DNA from: Monocercomonoides exilis PA203
Lineage: Eukaryota > Protista > Preaxostyla
Assembly: GCA_001643675.2 (NCBI GenBank)
Contig: LSRY02000009.1
Span: 310,001-374,000, forward strand
Direction: 5' to 3'
Length of the DNA: 64,000 bases
Shown: positions 11,901 through 25,300 of the stretch, piece after piece
Layout: each line of letters begins with the position of its first letter
Position numbering within the stretch: the first letter of the stretch is position 1
The notes under the pieces: generated by a model
The model's input: only the letters and a program-made list of their open reading frames with translations
Databases searched by the model: none
Told to the model about the DNA's origin: nothing
Program-made: the position numbers and the translations under genes

Positions 11901-14900
11901 ATTTTGGCGTGAAATTGAAGAAAGAGAAAGAAAATTCCCTTTTCACACAGAGAAGAAGAATCAAGCGTTTCAAATGGAAGAAGAAAGGAAGCTGTTTGTA
12001 ATGAATAGAAAGAGAATGAACAATGAAAATGAAGATGATGAAAATGAAGAGGGAGATGAAGAGGAGGATGAAGATGCAGAAGAAGAAGAAGAAGAAGTGT
12101 GGGAGTTGGAACTGGAAGAAGAGGAAGATGAAGGCGAAGGTATTAAAAGAGAAAGAGAAGAGATCAAAAAGGAGAATCACTCAAAAACATCAGAAGATTA
12201 TTTATATGAACACAGACAAGAAAGGAAAAAATATTCAGAAGCAGAAAGCGAAGCAGAAATCGAAGAAGAAGCAGAAGAAGAGAGCGATTATCGTCGCCAT
12301 TCTCATAAACACCGCCGGCATCACAGCCAACATAGGCATCGGCACAGAAACAATCGCAATTCTGAGGGTGAATACGAAAATAGCACAGAAGATGGATTGA
12401 GCTATGAGCAGGACAGCAGAAGCGACAAAGAGAACTTTTCTGATGAAAGTGAAAGAGAGAGAGAAAGAGAAAGAGAAAGTTTTGGATTCAAAAAAGAAAA
12501 CAAAACAGCTGCTGATCAGTTGGCATTGACTTCGCATTCAATTCGTGCTAATTCTCTGTCTGAACGAGGCACACAAAACAGAATGATTCCTCAAAGAACA
12601 GCAAGAACAGCTGAAATTAGCAGAAAAGATGAAAATGGCTCTATTTATGTTAGAGCCAAAAGCAGCGAAAGAGGCACAGAAAACAGACAAGGAATATCTG
12701 CTCAAAGAAATGTTTCAACAGACAGAGAGAATAAAACAAGGATTGGTTCGATTCATTCTTCTGCTTCTGTTGCCTCGTCTTCATCAGCAAAAGGCAAAGT
12801 TGTTCATCCCTCAGGAAAACTTCCAACAAGCAATCAATCGACTTCCAAGCAAAATATGACGAATAAGAACGAAAAGCAGAGTGCAGCTGATTCAGAAGAG
12901 AGCCACGAGCTGCAGATGCTCAAGCAGCAGCAGCTGGAGCTTACGCAGAAACAGGCGCAGGAGCGTGCGAGGCAGCGGATCAAGGAGATGAAGAAGAAGC
13001 AGCAGCAGGAGGCAGAAGAGAGGGAGAAGGCGAAGGAGGAAAAATGGAGGAAAAGAGACGAGGCGCTGAGGATGTTCAAGGAGAGGAAGGCGATTGAGGA
13101 GCAGATGCTTCAGCTGCAGAAGCTGAAGGAGATGGAATGGAAGCTGAAGCGCAAGAGAGACAAGGAAAGAGAGCGAAAGAGGGAGAAAGAGAGGCAGATG
13201 AGGAAAGAAGCGAAAAAGGAGGAGAGCGATGAAGGAGAAGAAGGCGATGAAGGCGAAGGATCTCAGGAACAGAATCAACTTACACGCAGTTACAAACAGA
13301 AGAAAAATGGAAAGAAAGGAACGAAAAGAAATTTCGTGGGAAATGAAGATGAAGAAGAGGTGGAGGAAGAAGAAGAAGATGATGATGATGAAGAAATCAA
13401 AAGTCAGAGAATGAAAAAAAGCGAACGTTTATCCAAATATAGAGATTTAAAGCAAAAGCAAATGGAGCACAAGCGAAGTTTGTTGTATGAAGAGGAAGAA
13501 AGTGAAATGGTAGAAAACTCTTCAAACACAGAAAATGAATCATCAAAAGAGGAACCTGAAAAAGGTATACCAGCAAAAGAGGAAAAAGAAGGAAAAGGGT
13601 CGAATGGAAGTGCCACTAGCAGAAAAACACTGAAAACACAACAATTTACTCAAAAAAAAGATAGAAAAGTACAATTTGTACAGGCAGACAAAGAAGAAAG
13701 AGAAGAAGAGGAGGAGGAGGAAGAGGAGGAGAAAGAAGAAGATAAGAATTCACACAAAAACAGCCATTTCGACAATAATGAGAGTAGCAAAATGCAACAA
13801 AGTGGAAAAGAAGTGCAAACAAAACGAGGAAGGGAAGCAAAGAATCAATTTGGTGGATATTTTGCAAGGGCAAAGCAGGATGAAACAAAAACATCGCAAT
13901 TACGTCTGCCTCTTTCGTCTGTGGAAACTCCCGTTGCTCCACACGATCTTTCTTCACCAGCAGACATCCAATCCACTTCATCGTCTTCTTCAGCTTCTGA
14001 AGACACAGAGCTTTCATCAGCAAAACTGATGGGATCAGCCTCAGACACTTCAAATGCATCCATTTCATCATCATCTTCTTCTTCACTGTCTTCTTCTGTT
14101 GCTGCTGGAGAAAAGGCTGCTGCTCAGCCAAAACCGAAGAAGTCTGTTGTTTTGAGTATGAAACCTCCGCTTTTTGGGCAGAGAAGGCAGCGCAGCCTGA
14201 CTCCTCCTCGGTTTGGAGCGAACCGACCAGCATACAGACAGCCTTCTTCAGCTTCTGCAAAAACACCATCAACTCCGTCTGCACCAAATTCTTCAGCTAA
14301 TTCTTCGGCTAATTCTTCATCCAGTGACTCTGTTAGTGCGACAAGTGCAAAAAGAACCGCACACAGCGTGATTTCAGCAAAAAAATCGACTTCTTCCGAA
14401 AGCAAAGAAAATGGTGCTGGTGCAGACAAGCGCATCCCGTCGTTGAGAAGCAGCACAAAAGCAAAAGGAACAACGCCATCATCGATGTCAAACGCATCTT
14501 CTTCTTCAAAATCAAATCAAAATAGCTCGAGAATTCCAAGAAGCGGAAGCGGATCAAGCAGCAGAATTAACTCAACTGTTTCCGAAGAGCGCAAACGAAT
14601 GCTTAGCTCATCCAGATCTCCCTTTGCTGCGTCGTCTGCTGTATCAAATGACCTTACTGTGAGTTCTGTTGAACCTATTCGAAGTTATGCAAATGAATTG
14701 GATGGGATGGATGTCATTGAGAAACAAAAGCCTGAAGAAGAAAAGAAGTTGCAGCAAGAAACAGTGTTAACGTCAAATGATGCTTTCAATGAGAAAAAAG
14801 TGAAATTTGAAGATGAACAGAGCAAAAATGACTTTGCGAATGAAAACAATGAACAGGAAAATGAAGAGGCAGTGCATATCGTTGATGAAGATGGCACTCC

Positions 14901-15153
14901 TGATGCAGTTCATTCAACTCAAATTGACTATTCGCAGGATAATTCGATCAAAAATGAGCAAATGTCTGCTCCTCGGGACGGCTCCAAAGGAAATGGAGAA
15001 GCAGATTGGAATCCATCATCGTTGAGTGGAAATGCTGCATCATCATCTTATTCAGGCATCCTTTTGCGTGCGTGCGAAGATCCAGATGATGCTGCATTTT
15101 TTGCAAATCTTGATAAAGCAGTCAGACTTGCTGAAGAAGATGATGATTATTAA
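8906..15153 (+). CDS. Large (~2,050 aa) Glu/Lys/Arg-rich coiled-coil and Ser-rich low-complexity protein of unknown function
   Basis: 6-kb ORF (9127..15153) extends upstream via a 77-bp intron 9009..9085 (gtttga...aag, phase 1) to ATG 8906 (MAIFLPKPPLRASLQYGLAKNSMDTFSNNSTPSFDQEILSSR...). Confidence 0.8.
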
Positions 15154-15299
15154 TAAAATAGGTCATTTCCTTTTTTTTCTCAATGTTTGTATTCAATTTA
15201 ATTTTGAAATACTTGATTTATTAGCTTTTTATCATTTAATATAATAAACCTAAGGAACTTCAAAGCGACGCTGGGTTAAAAATCTCGAAAATTGCATTC

Positions 15300-16290
15300 T
15301 CTTGAAAATAATTTTAATGAAGATTCGAAGTGGTTGCTTGAGAAATGAAAAATTTTGAAAAATTTCAAGGAGACGGATAAAATTGAGATTCAGTTTTATT
15401 TCAAATTGTGATAAAAATCTTGAGCATAGAAATGAGAAGAGAATGAAAAATACTCAGTCCAATCCAACGACATCTTCGAATTATACGCTCATGCAAAAAT
15501 CCTGTTTAAAGATTATTGATTATACTTATATGATCAATTGTTAAAAAAAAGATGGATATCAAATTTCTCTTCTTCTGCATCAAACCAAAATATGAACAAA
15601 TAAAATTCAAGCTCTCTGTCTATCAGAAAAATACAAGAATGGAAAAACATTTTTGTTCAAAGCCTATGAAAAGTCATTTGAATATAATAAGCATTATCAT
15701 CTATCATTCATTTTGATCGTGGGGGAAAAATTGCTCTATCAATCGGCAGTTGTTCATCTTATGAAATAAATGAGTTTCTCCCTATTTTTGCATTTAATAC
15801 ACATGATTAGAGTTTTTTCTGCATTCATCAAAAAAATAAATTATTCAAAAAATTAATCTCCCCATACGTCCTTCTGTAATCTTCGTTCCAGAAGTAAAGA
15901 AAGAATAATGCATGTAGAAACAACTCAGGAGAATCACAAGGAATTGTGTTTCATTCCAAAAAGTCGCTTTGGAGAAGTGGGCCTCATTTTCATATGAAAC
16001 AGTCGAAGAATCTCAATATTATTTTATGATCAGTGCTCCAAATTGCATTCAATTATGCATTCATACATATTTTACGATTTGCTAAGCATTTTCCACAAAT
16101 AGCAAATCTATAATGAAGAAAAACCTTTTTTCTTTGTTATCACTCAATTATTACCCCAACGAAGTGTTTATTTCATTGAGATATGTGCAAAACATTATAA
16201 AAGAAAATAAACATCTTTCATGGCAAATTGTAGCCTCTTCATGGAGTGTGTTCTATGAGTTGCGCATGAAGGAGAAATCTTTTAATTGAA
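15300..16290 (-). pseudogene. Decayed reverse transcriptase-like relic
   Basis: Minus strand reads LRWGNN*VITKKKG...IID (~16100-16150) and RLFGMKHNS (~15940-15970), resembling RT 'W.NP.F...KK.G..R.I.D' and 'MPFG.KH.P'. Heavily interrupted. Confidence 0.3.
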
Positions 16291-16369
16291 TACTCTGATC
16301 ATTTGATTTGAATTAATTATTCATATCTTGATCAAAGAAAAAAAAATATATTATTTTCATTATTTTGAA

Positions 16370-19300
16370 ATGAAGAATAACAATTTCATTGAGAACGGAT
16401 TTCTTCCGTTTTTAGTGATTGTTTTTATGTGCATTTGCGTCGGTTGTCAAAAAAGAGAATTTGACAACTTGCCATTTCAAATGAATGAAAAATACAAGAA
16501 TAGGCTTCAATTTAACTTCTGGGGAAATAGAGAAGGAAAATCAACTGAAAAATTAGAATTGCATGAAATGGTATCACAATGGCAGATATCGCAAATTAGT
16601 AAATGTGGAAAAGACGAATTTACAAGAATTTCTCACTTTTGTTTTCTGTCAAATTCTTCTTTAACATATCAAAAAGTTTTTTTGCTGAGACATGAGGGCA
16701 TCAAGCAAACATTTGAAATAGAGAGAAAAGGAGCACTTTCTTTGGAATGCTGCAAAGTGAGAAGCAGCTGCGATTATTCTTCTTTGACAAAGACTTCCAC
16801 AGCGAATGTGAGTATTTTCAACATATCAATAAGCAGTTCACAAAGCCCTGCATCCTGTTCAAGTCCGTTGTGTGAAGGGAAAGACACGCATTTCTTGATT
16901 GAGCAGAGTTCGATTTGTTCGCTGATTGTTGCAAAGGATTCGTTTGTTCTCATTGGAAAAGGAAGCAACTGGGCGCATCTTCAGGGCTGTTCATTCATCA
17001 ACATCACTCAACTGCAGAAAAACCAAATTTCATTTCCTTGTCATTCTTCTTCTTTTCTTTCTTCTTCTTCAACTTATTCTTCCAATCGATCCCTTCAGAA
17101 GCCATCGTTGCCTTTTCAACACTTGAAAGAGTTCAGAAATTCAATTACTGAACAAGACTCAATTGTTAGAACCGAATCATGCACATTCAAATTGAATGCG
17201 CTGGATCACAACAATGCATTTTTTGGGAAAAAGAGACTTCTTTCAGCGACATCAATAAACTCGACATTCAACACAAGGCAAGAGCTGTTAACTGGCAATC
17301 ATAGCTTTGAAAGATGCAGTTTTTGCTCTCAAAGCGAAGAATTGGGAGGGGCAATTTCCAGCAGTGCTGCTTTGATGATAAGAGTGTGCATATTTTTTAA
17401 ATGCAATTGCACAAAAGCTATTGATCCGCATGGAGGAGCAATATTTATATCAGGATATGAACAGTTTTTATTGGAAGAATCAAATTTTTCAGATTGCAGA
17501 GCATTATATGGTGGAGCGGCTTGTCTTCGCTCAAGAGTCTTTTTTTCAGTTCTGAATTGTCGATTTTTGAGCAGCCCTTCTGATCAAGGAGTTATCCAAT
17601 TCTGTGATAATCATGAAGGCGCATCATATTCAGGATGCGTTTTCGCTGATAACAACAAAGATTATGATTCTGGAGTAGGAAGAATTTCTTACAGTGGAAA
17701 AAACTTTGAATTCCATGATTGTCTTTTTGAAAATAATAAAGCGAAAAGAACAGGGGGGATATTAGTATATGTTCCATTCGAATCTTCCTCGTTTTTCAAT
17801 ATTTCATTTGTGACATGCTTTTTCTCAGGAAATGAGGCAACAATTACGGGAGCTCATGCAAGTGATGTGTATGCACTAAATAACTGGAGTAATTTGACAA
17901 AACAGTCATTTGTGGAGACTTTCTCAACATCAATTGAGCCACATTTGTTCATTGATAATGGAGCATCAGGCCATGAAAATTGGATTCCTTTTCCACCTTC
18001 GCCCAAGCCGATGGTCAAGCTTCATTCATCTGCTCAGCGTGGAAGTGACGATGCTAATTGCGGAAACGAAACTTTTTTGTGTCTGACGCTGAAATACACC
18101 TTCGACAGCAGATGGAGAGGATCAGGGAAATTGCCGATGGTTGTTCACCGAGGAGAGAAGGCAGAAGAAACCATTGTGATTGGGAGCGAAAGTGTGGAAA
18201 TAAGTGGAGAAGACAAAGAAAGAACGGTGTTGTATTCGAAAGTGACAAGAGATGGAGGAGGACTGTTTGAAATATCGAGTGGAAGCCTGGAGCTATCAAC
18301 AATGACTTTGATCCATTCGAGAAGCTCATCGTGTGGACAGTCATCGCTTTTCACAATAACCTCTGCAGGAACATTGAGTGTGAGAGAAGCTGTTGTGAAG
18401 GGAGATAGATATGAAGAATCGTATTTTGAAAAATCAGCTTGTGATTTGAAAGAAGGCAGAACAAAGATGGAGAATGTGGTTTTTTGTGACTTTTGTGTGT
18501 CAAGTGCATCGCTGATCTCAGTTGGACAAGCATGTGAGCTGAATCTGACATCGGTTGACATCTCAGAGATCACTAACATGAATGGAGATGGAGGAGCAGT
18601 GAGCGGGGTTGTTGGTTCTGGAAAAGTTGTTATCATTGAGAATGCGAGTTTTATGGGATGCAAAAGTGAAAAGGGAAAAGGAGGGGGTGTGGATGTTGTT
18701 GTCAGAAGTGGAGGAACACTGAAGATAGGAGCAACATTGAGTTGCTCAATTGATGTGTGCTCTGCGGGAAATGAGGGAGGGTTGAAAGGAAAGGGGGGAG
18801 GAGTGTATCTCAGAGTGGATGATGGAGCTACTGGTTATGTTTTTGATGGTTTGGGATTTGGAGCCAACAACCAGGCATGGAAAGGGAACAACATGTTTGT
18901 TTCTGGGGATGATTTGAAGAGGATTGTTTCAAAGGAACATTTCAAGGGTTGCATTGAAGCAGATAGAGAGCATGACAATGATGCAACGGGGAGCGAAAGC
19001 AGTGATGAGGAATACATTATTCCCTTGTCTATTTATATGATTCAGCCATTTCCTATTCCAGGGTTTGTTGGGGGAAGGAATTGCAAGGATTTCAACAACT
19101 GTGGGTTTGACGGTTATCCTTGTTCAACGATGAACTTCCTGAGTTCTGTTCAGTTTCCGAACAGTGATTGCACCATAATCCTCAATCCGAACTTTGTTTT
19201 GAATGAAGTTGTTGCGATTGAAGACTGCGCGTGGAATGTGAGCTGCGAGCTTGTGGGAGAAAGGGTTGAAGCGGCAAAGGTCGATTCAGTAACATCTGAG

Positions 19301-22300
19301 GGGATGATAATGGTGAAAAATCAGACAGAATTTGCAAACATAGGATTTTATCTTCCAGCGAATCTGGGAGCTGCAACATCGTTCATTTCATGTTCATCAG
19401 GAACTCTTCATATGAAATGTTGCTCAGCATCCTTGGTTGATATGTTTTCTGAGCAGAAAGTGAGTTTCAGCATTGTGAGGGTGACAGGAGGAAGGATACA
19501 CATGGAATCATTCATCAGTGAAACTGGGATTGAGTTTTCATCTTCCTCGATGATCTGGGTTGATGGGGGATGTGAAGTTGTGCTGTGTGAATGCAAAATG
19601 GTGGGAGTGAAAAAAGAGAGCGGAAATGGGGGTTGCATATTTGCTGAGAAGAAGAAAATCAGGATGGCGATTGATTCGTGCAACTTCAGTGGGTGTGGTG
19701 TGGTTGGAAGCAGCTCGTGTGGTGGGGGAATGATGGCTGAAGTGAAGGGAGAGAACGAACTGTTCATCAATGGAACAACAGCGTTTGATGGTTGTGTAGC
19801 ACCAGGTGGTGAAGGGGTAAATGGCAGAGGAGGGGGGATGATGATCAGGGTGGAAGAGGTTCCGTTGAAATTCGAGATTGGAGGGGATGTGACTTTTGGG
19901 TCATTGGAAAACAATGATGCGAGATATGGCAAGGATGTGTTTGTTTTGTGTGAGAGAGGAGTTCATCTGAGAGAAGTGATTAATCGCTCGTCATTCGAGT
20001 TTTTCGATTTCAAAACGATTCCAACAGATGCACTGCAGCTGAGCGGGATGGAAAATGGGAATGAATCATGTGTTATTCCGCTTCATGTGTTTCTGTGCTC
20101 AGTCGGAACGCAGCTGGCTGTTGATGGGAGTTGTGGAACTGATCACGATTTTTGTGGATTTGCTTCGTTTCCGTGCTTGACAGTTGATTATTGTGCTGGA
20201 AGACGAGCAGGAAACAACGTGGAGTCTGTGATGCTTGAATCTAGATCATCGATAAATGGTGAATTTGCCTTTCCCCTGCTTGCCATGAGCGTGACCTCTC
20301 AGGTCAGACCTGGAATAAAGGTTGATGTTCATGACAATGGAGATGTGGAGCAAGAAGGCCTTGTGGAGTGTGCGAGCAACATCAGGTTTGAAAACATTTC
20401 GTTTGCACTTCCACTCTCCATGAAGGAAAGTCATTGCAGTTTTCTTATTTCGAAGAAGAATCTGAAGTTGACAGAGTGCGTATTTGCGTTTTTGGGAGAC
20501 AAAGAAGGGGTTTTTGTTGAGTTCGGCGTGATTCATGTTTGCAGTGGGGATCTGACGATGAAGGGTGTGTGCTTGGTAGATGGAATTGGATTCCATGGCT
20601 GTTCTGGATTTACTGTGGAGAATGGAGGAAAAATCACCATGGAAGATTGTGTATTGTGTAATGTGAGCCAAAGGAATGGGAATGGAGGATGCATGACTTT
20701 GAGAGGAAAAAGTGGGGAGAATCCGTTTGTGAGGATGAGGAATGTGACTATTGGTGGAGCATGTGAAGCAGGAATGAGCCTGAAAGGAGGCGGATTGCTT
20801 GTGGTGTTGGATGCGGGAATTGAGCTGACAATGGAGAAAGTTGGATTCAAGAACTGTTCTGTTCCGGCTGAAGACTCGGAGAGTGTTGGAAGAGGGCTCG
20901 GAGGGGGAATGTTTCTTGAGCTGTTGGATGGAAGTGGCGTATTGACACTCTCAGAGCTGAAATTTGAGGCTTGCAGTGCCTGGAAAGGGAGGAATATGTT
21001 TGCGGATGCGATGCAGTTGGACATTGTTGTGAACAACAGCACAATGAAGTTTGGGATGGAAGGAATGGAAAGAGAAGATCTGATGGGATTTGAGGAATCG
21101 ACAACCAAAACAGAATATTGGATTCCTCTTGAGGTCTATTTTAGGGAAATTGGGGGTGGAGGTTATGTTGGAGGAAAAGAGGATGAAGGGTTTGATCATT
21201 CGGGATGTGGATTTGGAGATGTGCCTTGTGAAAGTGTTGGATTTCTTCTTTCCCGCCGGATCAAATCGAGTCAAAATGTGACTGAGATCCATATTTATCC
21301 TTCGTTTGCATTCAAAGAATGCCTTTCATTCAGCAATAAGAATATTTTTTTGCGAGGCCTTGACAAGAGCCTGCAAACGAAGTTTGTGCGAAACATCACA
21401 GGAGAAGGATCAAACGTGGTTGAATCATTTGTGGATGTTGAGATTAGCGATATGAGTTTTGATGCGCCATTTGAATTTGGGCCAATTGCAAGAATGAATT
21501 TGTTTTTTGTTGGTCAGAAAACAATGAAAATGCTTGGCTGTTCGTGTGCCTGGAGAAGTGATGAAACAAAAAGTGTTGAGTATAATTTTGCGAGAGTTGA
21601 GGGAGGGACGTTGGAAATTGTGGGTTTTGAAGCAAGATACGTGAAATTGGGGAATAGTGGGATGTTTGTGGTTGAAGGGAATGAAGCGAGGGGGCGATTC
21701 AGTGGGATGGCCATTGATTCTGTGAGCTGCAATGGGCAGAAGGGGCTGATGGTGGGAAGGCTCTGCTCAATGTGGATCAATGATTCTTCAGTTTCAGGTT
21801 CAGAGTTGTTGCAGAATTGTGCGTTGCTGTCTGTCGATGAGTGTGCGGAGACAATTGTGGACAATACATCGTTGAGTGACTGGAAGAGGCAGATTGGAAA
21901 TGGTGGGGGAATTGAGGGAAAAGTGGGGAAGGGGTGCTCATTCAAGATGAGGCAGTGCAACATGACAAACTGCGGTGCGTTGATTGGAAACGGGAAAGGC
22001 GGGGGGATGATGATATCGTTGAGCAGCAGTGGCAGGATGGAGTTAGATGATAACACTGTGAAGGAGAATATTGTTTCAGAGCAGAGTGGACAAGGAGGTG
22101 GGCTATTCATTAATATCGATAGCACAGAAGTGAATTATTGGGTGAGAAGGAATATGTTTGCATCGAATGTGGGGTTAATCGGATGGGATGTGTATGTTGT
22201 GTGTCCTTCGCCACGAACAATGATCACGCTTGTTGTTTGGGAAGGGTTTGATGAGGGTGCTGGAGAGAATAACTTTTGGGTTGGGGATGGAGAAGCAGGG

Positions 22301-25300
22301 AGCAATGAAGGTGTGTCTCTGAAGACGTATCTGTTCCCTGGGGATGAAGAGATAGTGTTTGTGGATGAAAGTGGGAAGAATGAAGCAAACTGTGGGATGT
22401 TCAGTGTGGAAGGGTTTTGTCGAGATGTGGGATATGGGATGGGGCGGATGAATGAGAGCCAGTGGATTGTGCAAATCAAGACGAAAGCAGACCTGGAGAA
22501 GGAAGTCGAGCGAAGAGAACATCCATTGGCGATAAGGGGCAAGAACAGTGAAAGTGTGATGAATGTGAAAGCAGAAGGGCATCTGTTGCTTTCATCATCG
22601 TTGGAGCCGAACAATCTGATGTTGAGCAGCCTGAGGATCTGGCTTCCTGAGGAAAAAAGTGAGTATGACGAGTTCGTGTGCGTGGAGAGTGGGAAACTAT
22701 CAATCACCAGCTGTTCATTTGGGAAGATTGGAGAAGAGAAAAGACAGTACTTTGAATGGATTGTGAATGGAAGAGGAGGAGAGCTTGGTTTTGTGTCTGT
22801 GAGTGTGCATGGGATGCCGTTCAAAGGAGGATATGGGATGGTCTGCGTGAGAGGAGAGTGCTATGCCAGTGTTGAAAACTCATCAGTCGGTGAAGTGAGC
22901 GGAGAAAGTGGAGGGATAATTGTAATTGGACAAGGCGGAGAAATGATGGTTAACTCATCCAACATCACTCAGAGCAGTTCGCAGAAAGGAGGAGTGATTC
23001 GGATGGAAAAAGGGAGCAATCTGCAAGTGGAGAACGACTGCAATTTTGTTGGGTGTTTGGCAAATGAAGGAGATGGCGGAATGATAAACAGTGAAATGAA
23101 TGAATACTCAGTTTTCACAATAAGATCGAGCACACTCAAAGGATGCTCGGTGAATACGGATGATGGAAAGGGTGGAAGTGTTTTTGTTGAAATGACAGGA
23201 AATGGAGTTTTCTTTTTTGGGAATGTGAGTTTTTCTGAGAACGTTGCATGGGCTGGGAGGGATATGTTTGTTCGAAGTGTGGATTTGAATGAATCAATGA
23301 AGAGCACTTGTTTTGAAGAAGTACTATTTGATGAGGAAGGGAGAGTGTGTGTGGATTTTGCAGGAAGCGATGAGGCAAACTTTGGAGGAGTAATTGTGGA
23401 TCTGAAGCTGTTGTTGGTTCAGTACGTATCAGAAGAAATACGAGTGAGCAAGAAAGGGTGTGATGTTCTTGGCTGTGGGAGTGAGACATATCCATGTCAG
23501 TCTTTTTGGAGAGGATTTGAGAATGTGAAGGGCAGTTTGGATTCGAAAAGGGTTGTTATCACAGATGGGACATTTGTTGAAAACGAATATGATTTGTCGG
23601 GATGTGAAATTTGTTCAGAAGGTTCTTCCGCGAATGACTCTGGGGAGAAAAGTCGACTTGAATTCAAAACCGAAATCAAAGGGGAGAGAGGGAAAACGGT
23701 GATAACTGGGCAAGGCGCATTGAGTTTTGCTGGGTTAGTGTTTGCTCTTCCATATTCGTTTTCGAGTGGTCATGAGATCCTGATCACATACTCATCGATG
23801 AGTGAAAGTGAAGCTCTGATCGTTCGCAAGTGTCTGTTTGACTGCAGTTCAAGCAGGAAGGTGGATGTGTATCTGATCAAAGGGATCAGAGGAAAAGTTG
23901 AGATTGGAGAATGTGTTGTAGGAACAGTTCAGTTTGTGAGCACCCCGTTTGTGCTTCAGTGTGACACAAACATCAGCTCATGCACTGTGGAAGGGATTTC
24001 AAGTGAGTGTGAGGAAGGAGGAGCAATGAAAATCATTCTCGACTCAGTTGTCACGAGGCTTCAAATGAAAAACATAACAACAGTGAGATGCCAGTGTGTG
24101 AAGGAGGAAAGCAAAGGAGGGTTTTTGTATGTGGACTCAAGCAAAGCGAATCAGGAAACGCCATTTGTGTTTGAAGAGATGGTGTTTGATGGAAATGAGG
24201 CATGGAAAGGGAAAAACATTTTTGTTGTGGAAAGGGATCTGAACAGAACAGTGAGTGAAAGAGCCTTTCGCTTTGATTTCGAACCATTGAAGGATGATGA
24301 AAATGCATTTGTGGGGAGGGATGTGTTCAATGAGGCAACAGATCTGTCCCGTTTTCTTGTTTCGTTCAGCTCTGGGCAGATATATGTTGGAGAGAAGGGA
24401 TTTGATGTGAAGAGATGTGGGAGCAAAAGGGATCCATGCTGTTCGTTTTGGAGAGGGATGCAACAACTGGAGGCAGGAGCTGAAAAGAAGGCAATATTCA
24501 TTTGGGAAAAGACAAAGATCACAGATGGATTTGACCTCTCAGAAATGGTCATTGCCTCTGCATCTCTTTCCAGCAGAAAAGCTGCTTCACCTCATGGAAT
24601 AACAAATGCGGATGGTTTTGAGAATCAAATGGCAACATTTGAATTTGAAAGGAGCGATTCATCAGGGAGTGGAGGGAATGTGAAGAACAGGAAAGCTTTG
24701 TTGCTCGAGATGATCAACTTGCTGGTGCAGTCAAGTTTGCAGAATGAAAAGAAGGCGGTGATCATCAACGAAGATGGAATGTTGAATATTACAGATTGTT
24801 CTTTCAGTTTGAAAGAGATACCTGAACAAGAAGGAAACATCAACATGGTAAGAATGGAAAAGGGTCGAATGGTTGTTTGTCGACTGAGCTGTGAATCGAC
24901 GAGTTTTTGTGAGAGTGTTCTGCTTGTGAACGGGGATGGTGTTGAGTGTGATCTTAATGAGATTGTCTTCATATCAGTGAGCATCAGGAGCGGATCTGTT
25001 GTGGAGACATTTGCGATGGAGGAATCTGTGAAGGGATTACATGAGGGTTGTGCTTTGTCTTTGTGCAATTCCACTTTTTCATCCATCACTGGCAATGGTG
25101 TTGAGCCGAGTGGAATGATCAGTGAAGGGAGTGGAGGAGCAGGGTTGGTGGTGAATGGAAGCAGATTTGAAGGTTGTCTAGGGAATAAGTCGATGAAAGG
25201 TGGAGTGTGCTTGTTTGAACTGAGTGAAGGAGGAGTTATGAGAATGGTTGATTGCTTGATGGTGAGGTGTGGGTGCTCGATGGAGGGGAGAGGAGGGGGT

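Noticed and set aside
16328-16369. TTG start given by the ORF track (likewise GTG at 9127 and starts at 35221, 36518, 38983)
   Set aside because: Eukaryotic locus: these are UTR or intronic extensions, and ATG/splice-based models fit better.
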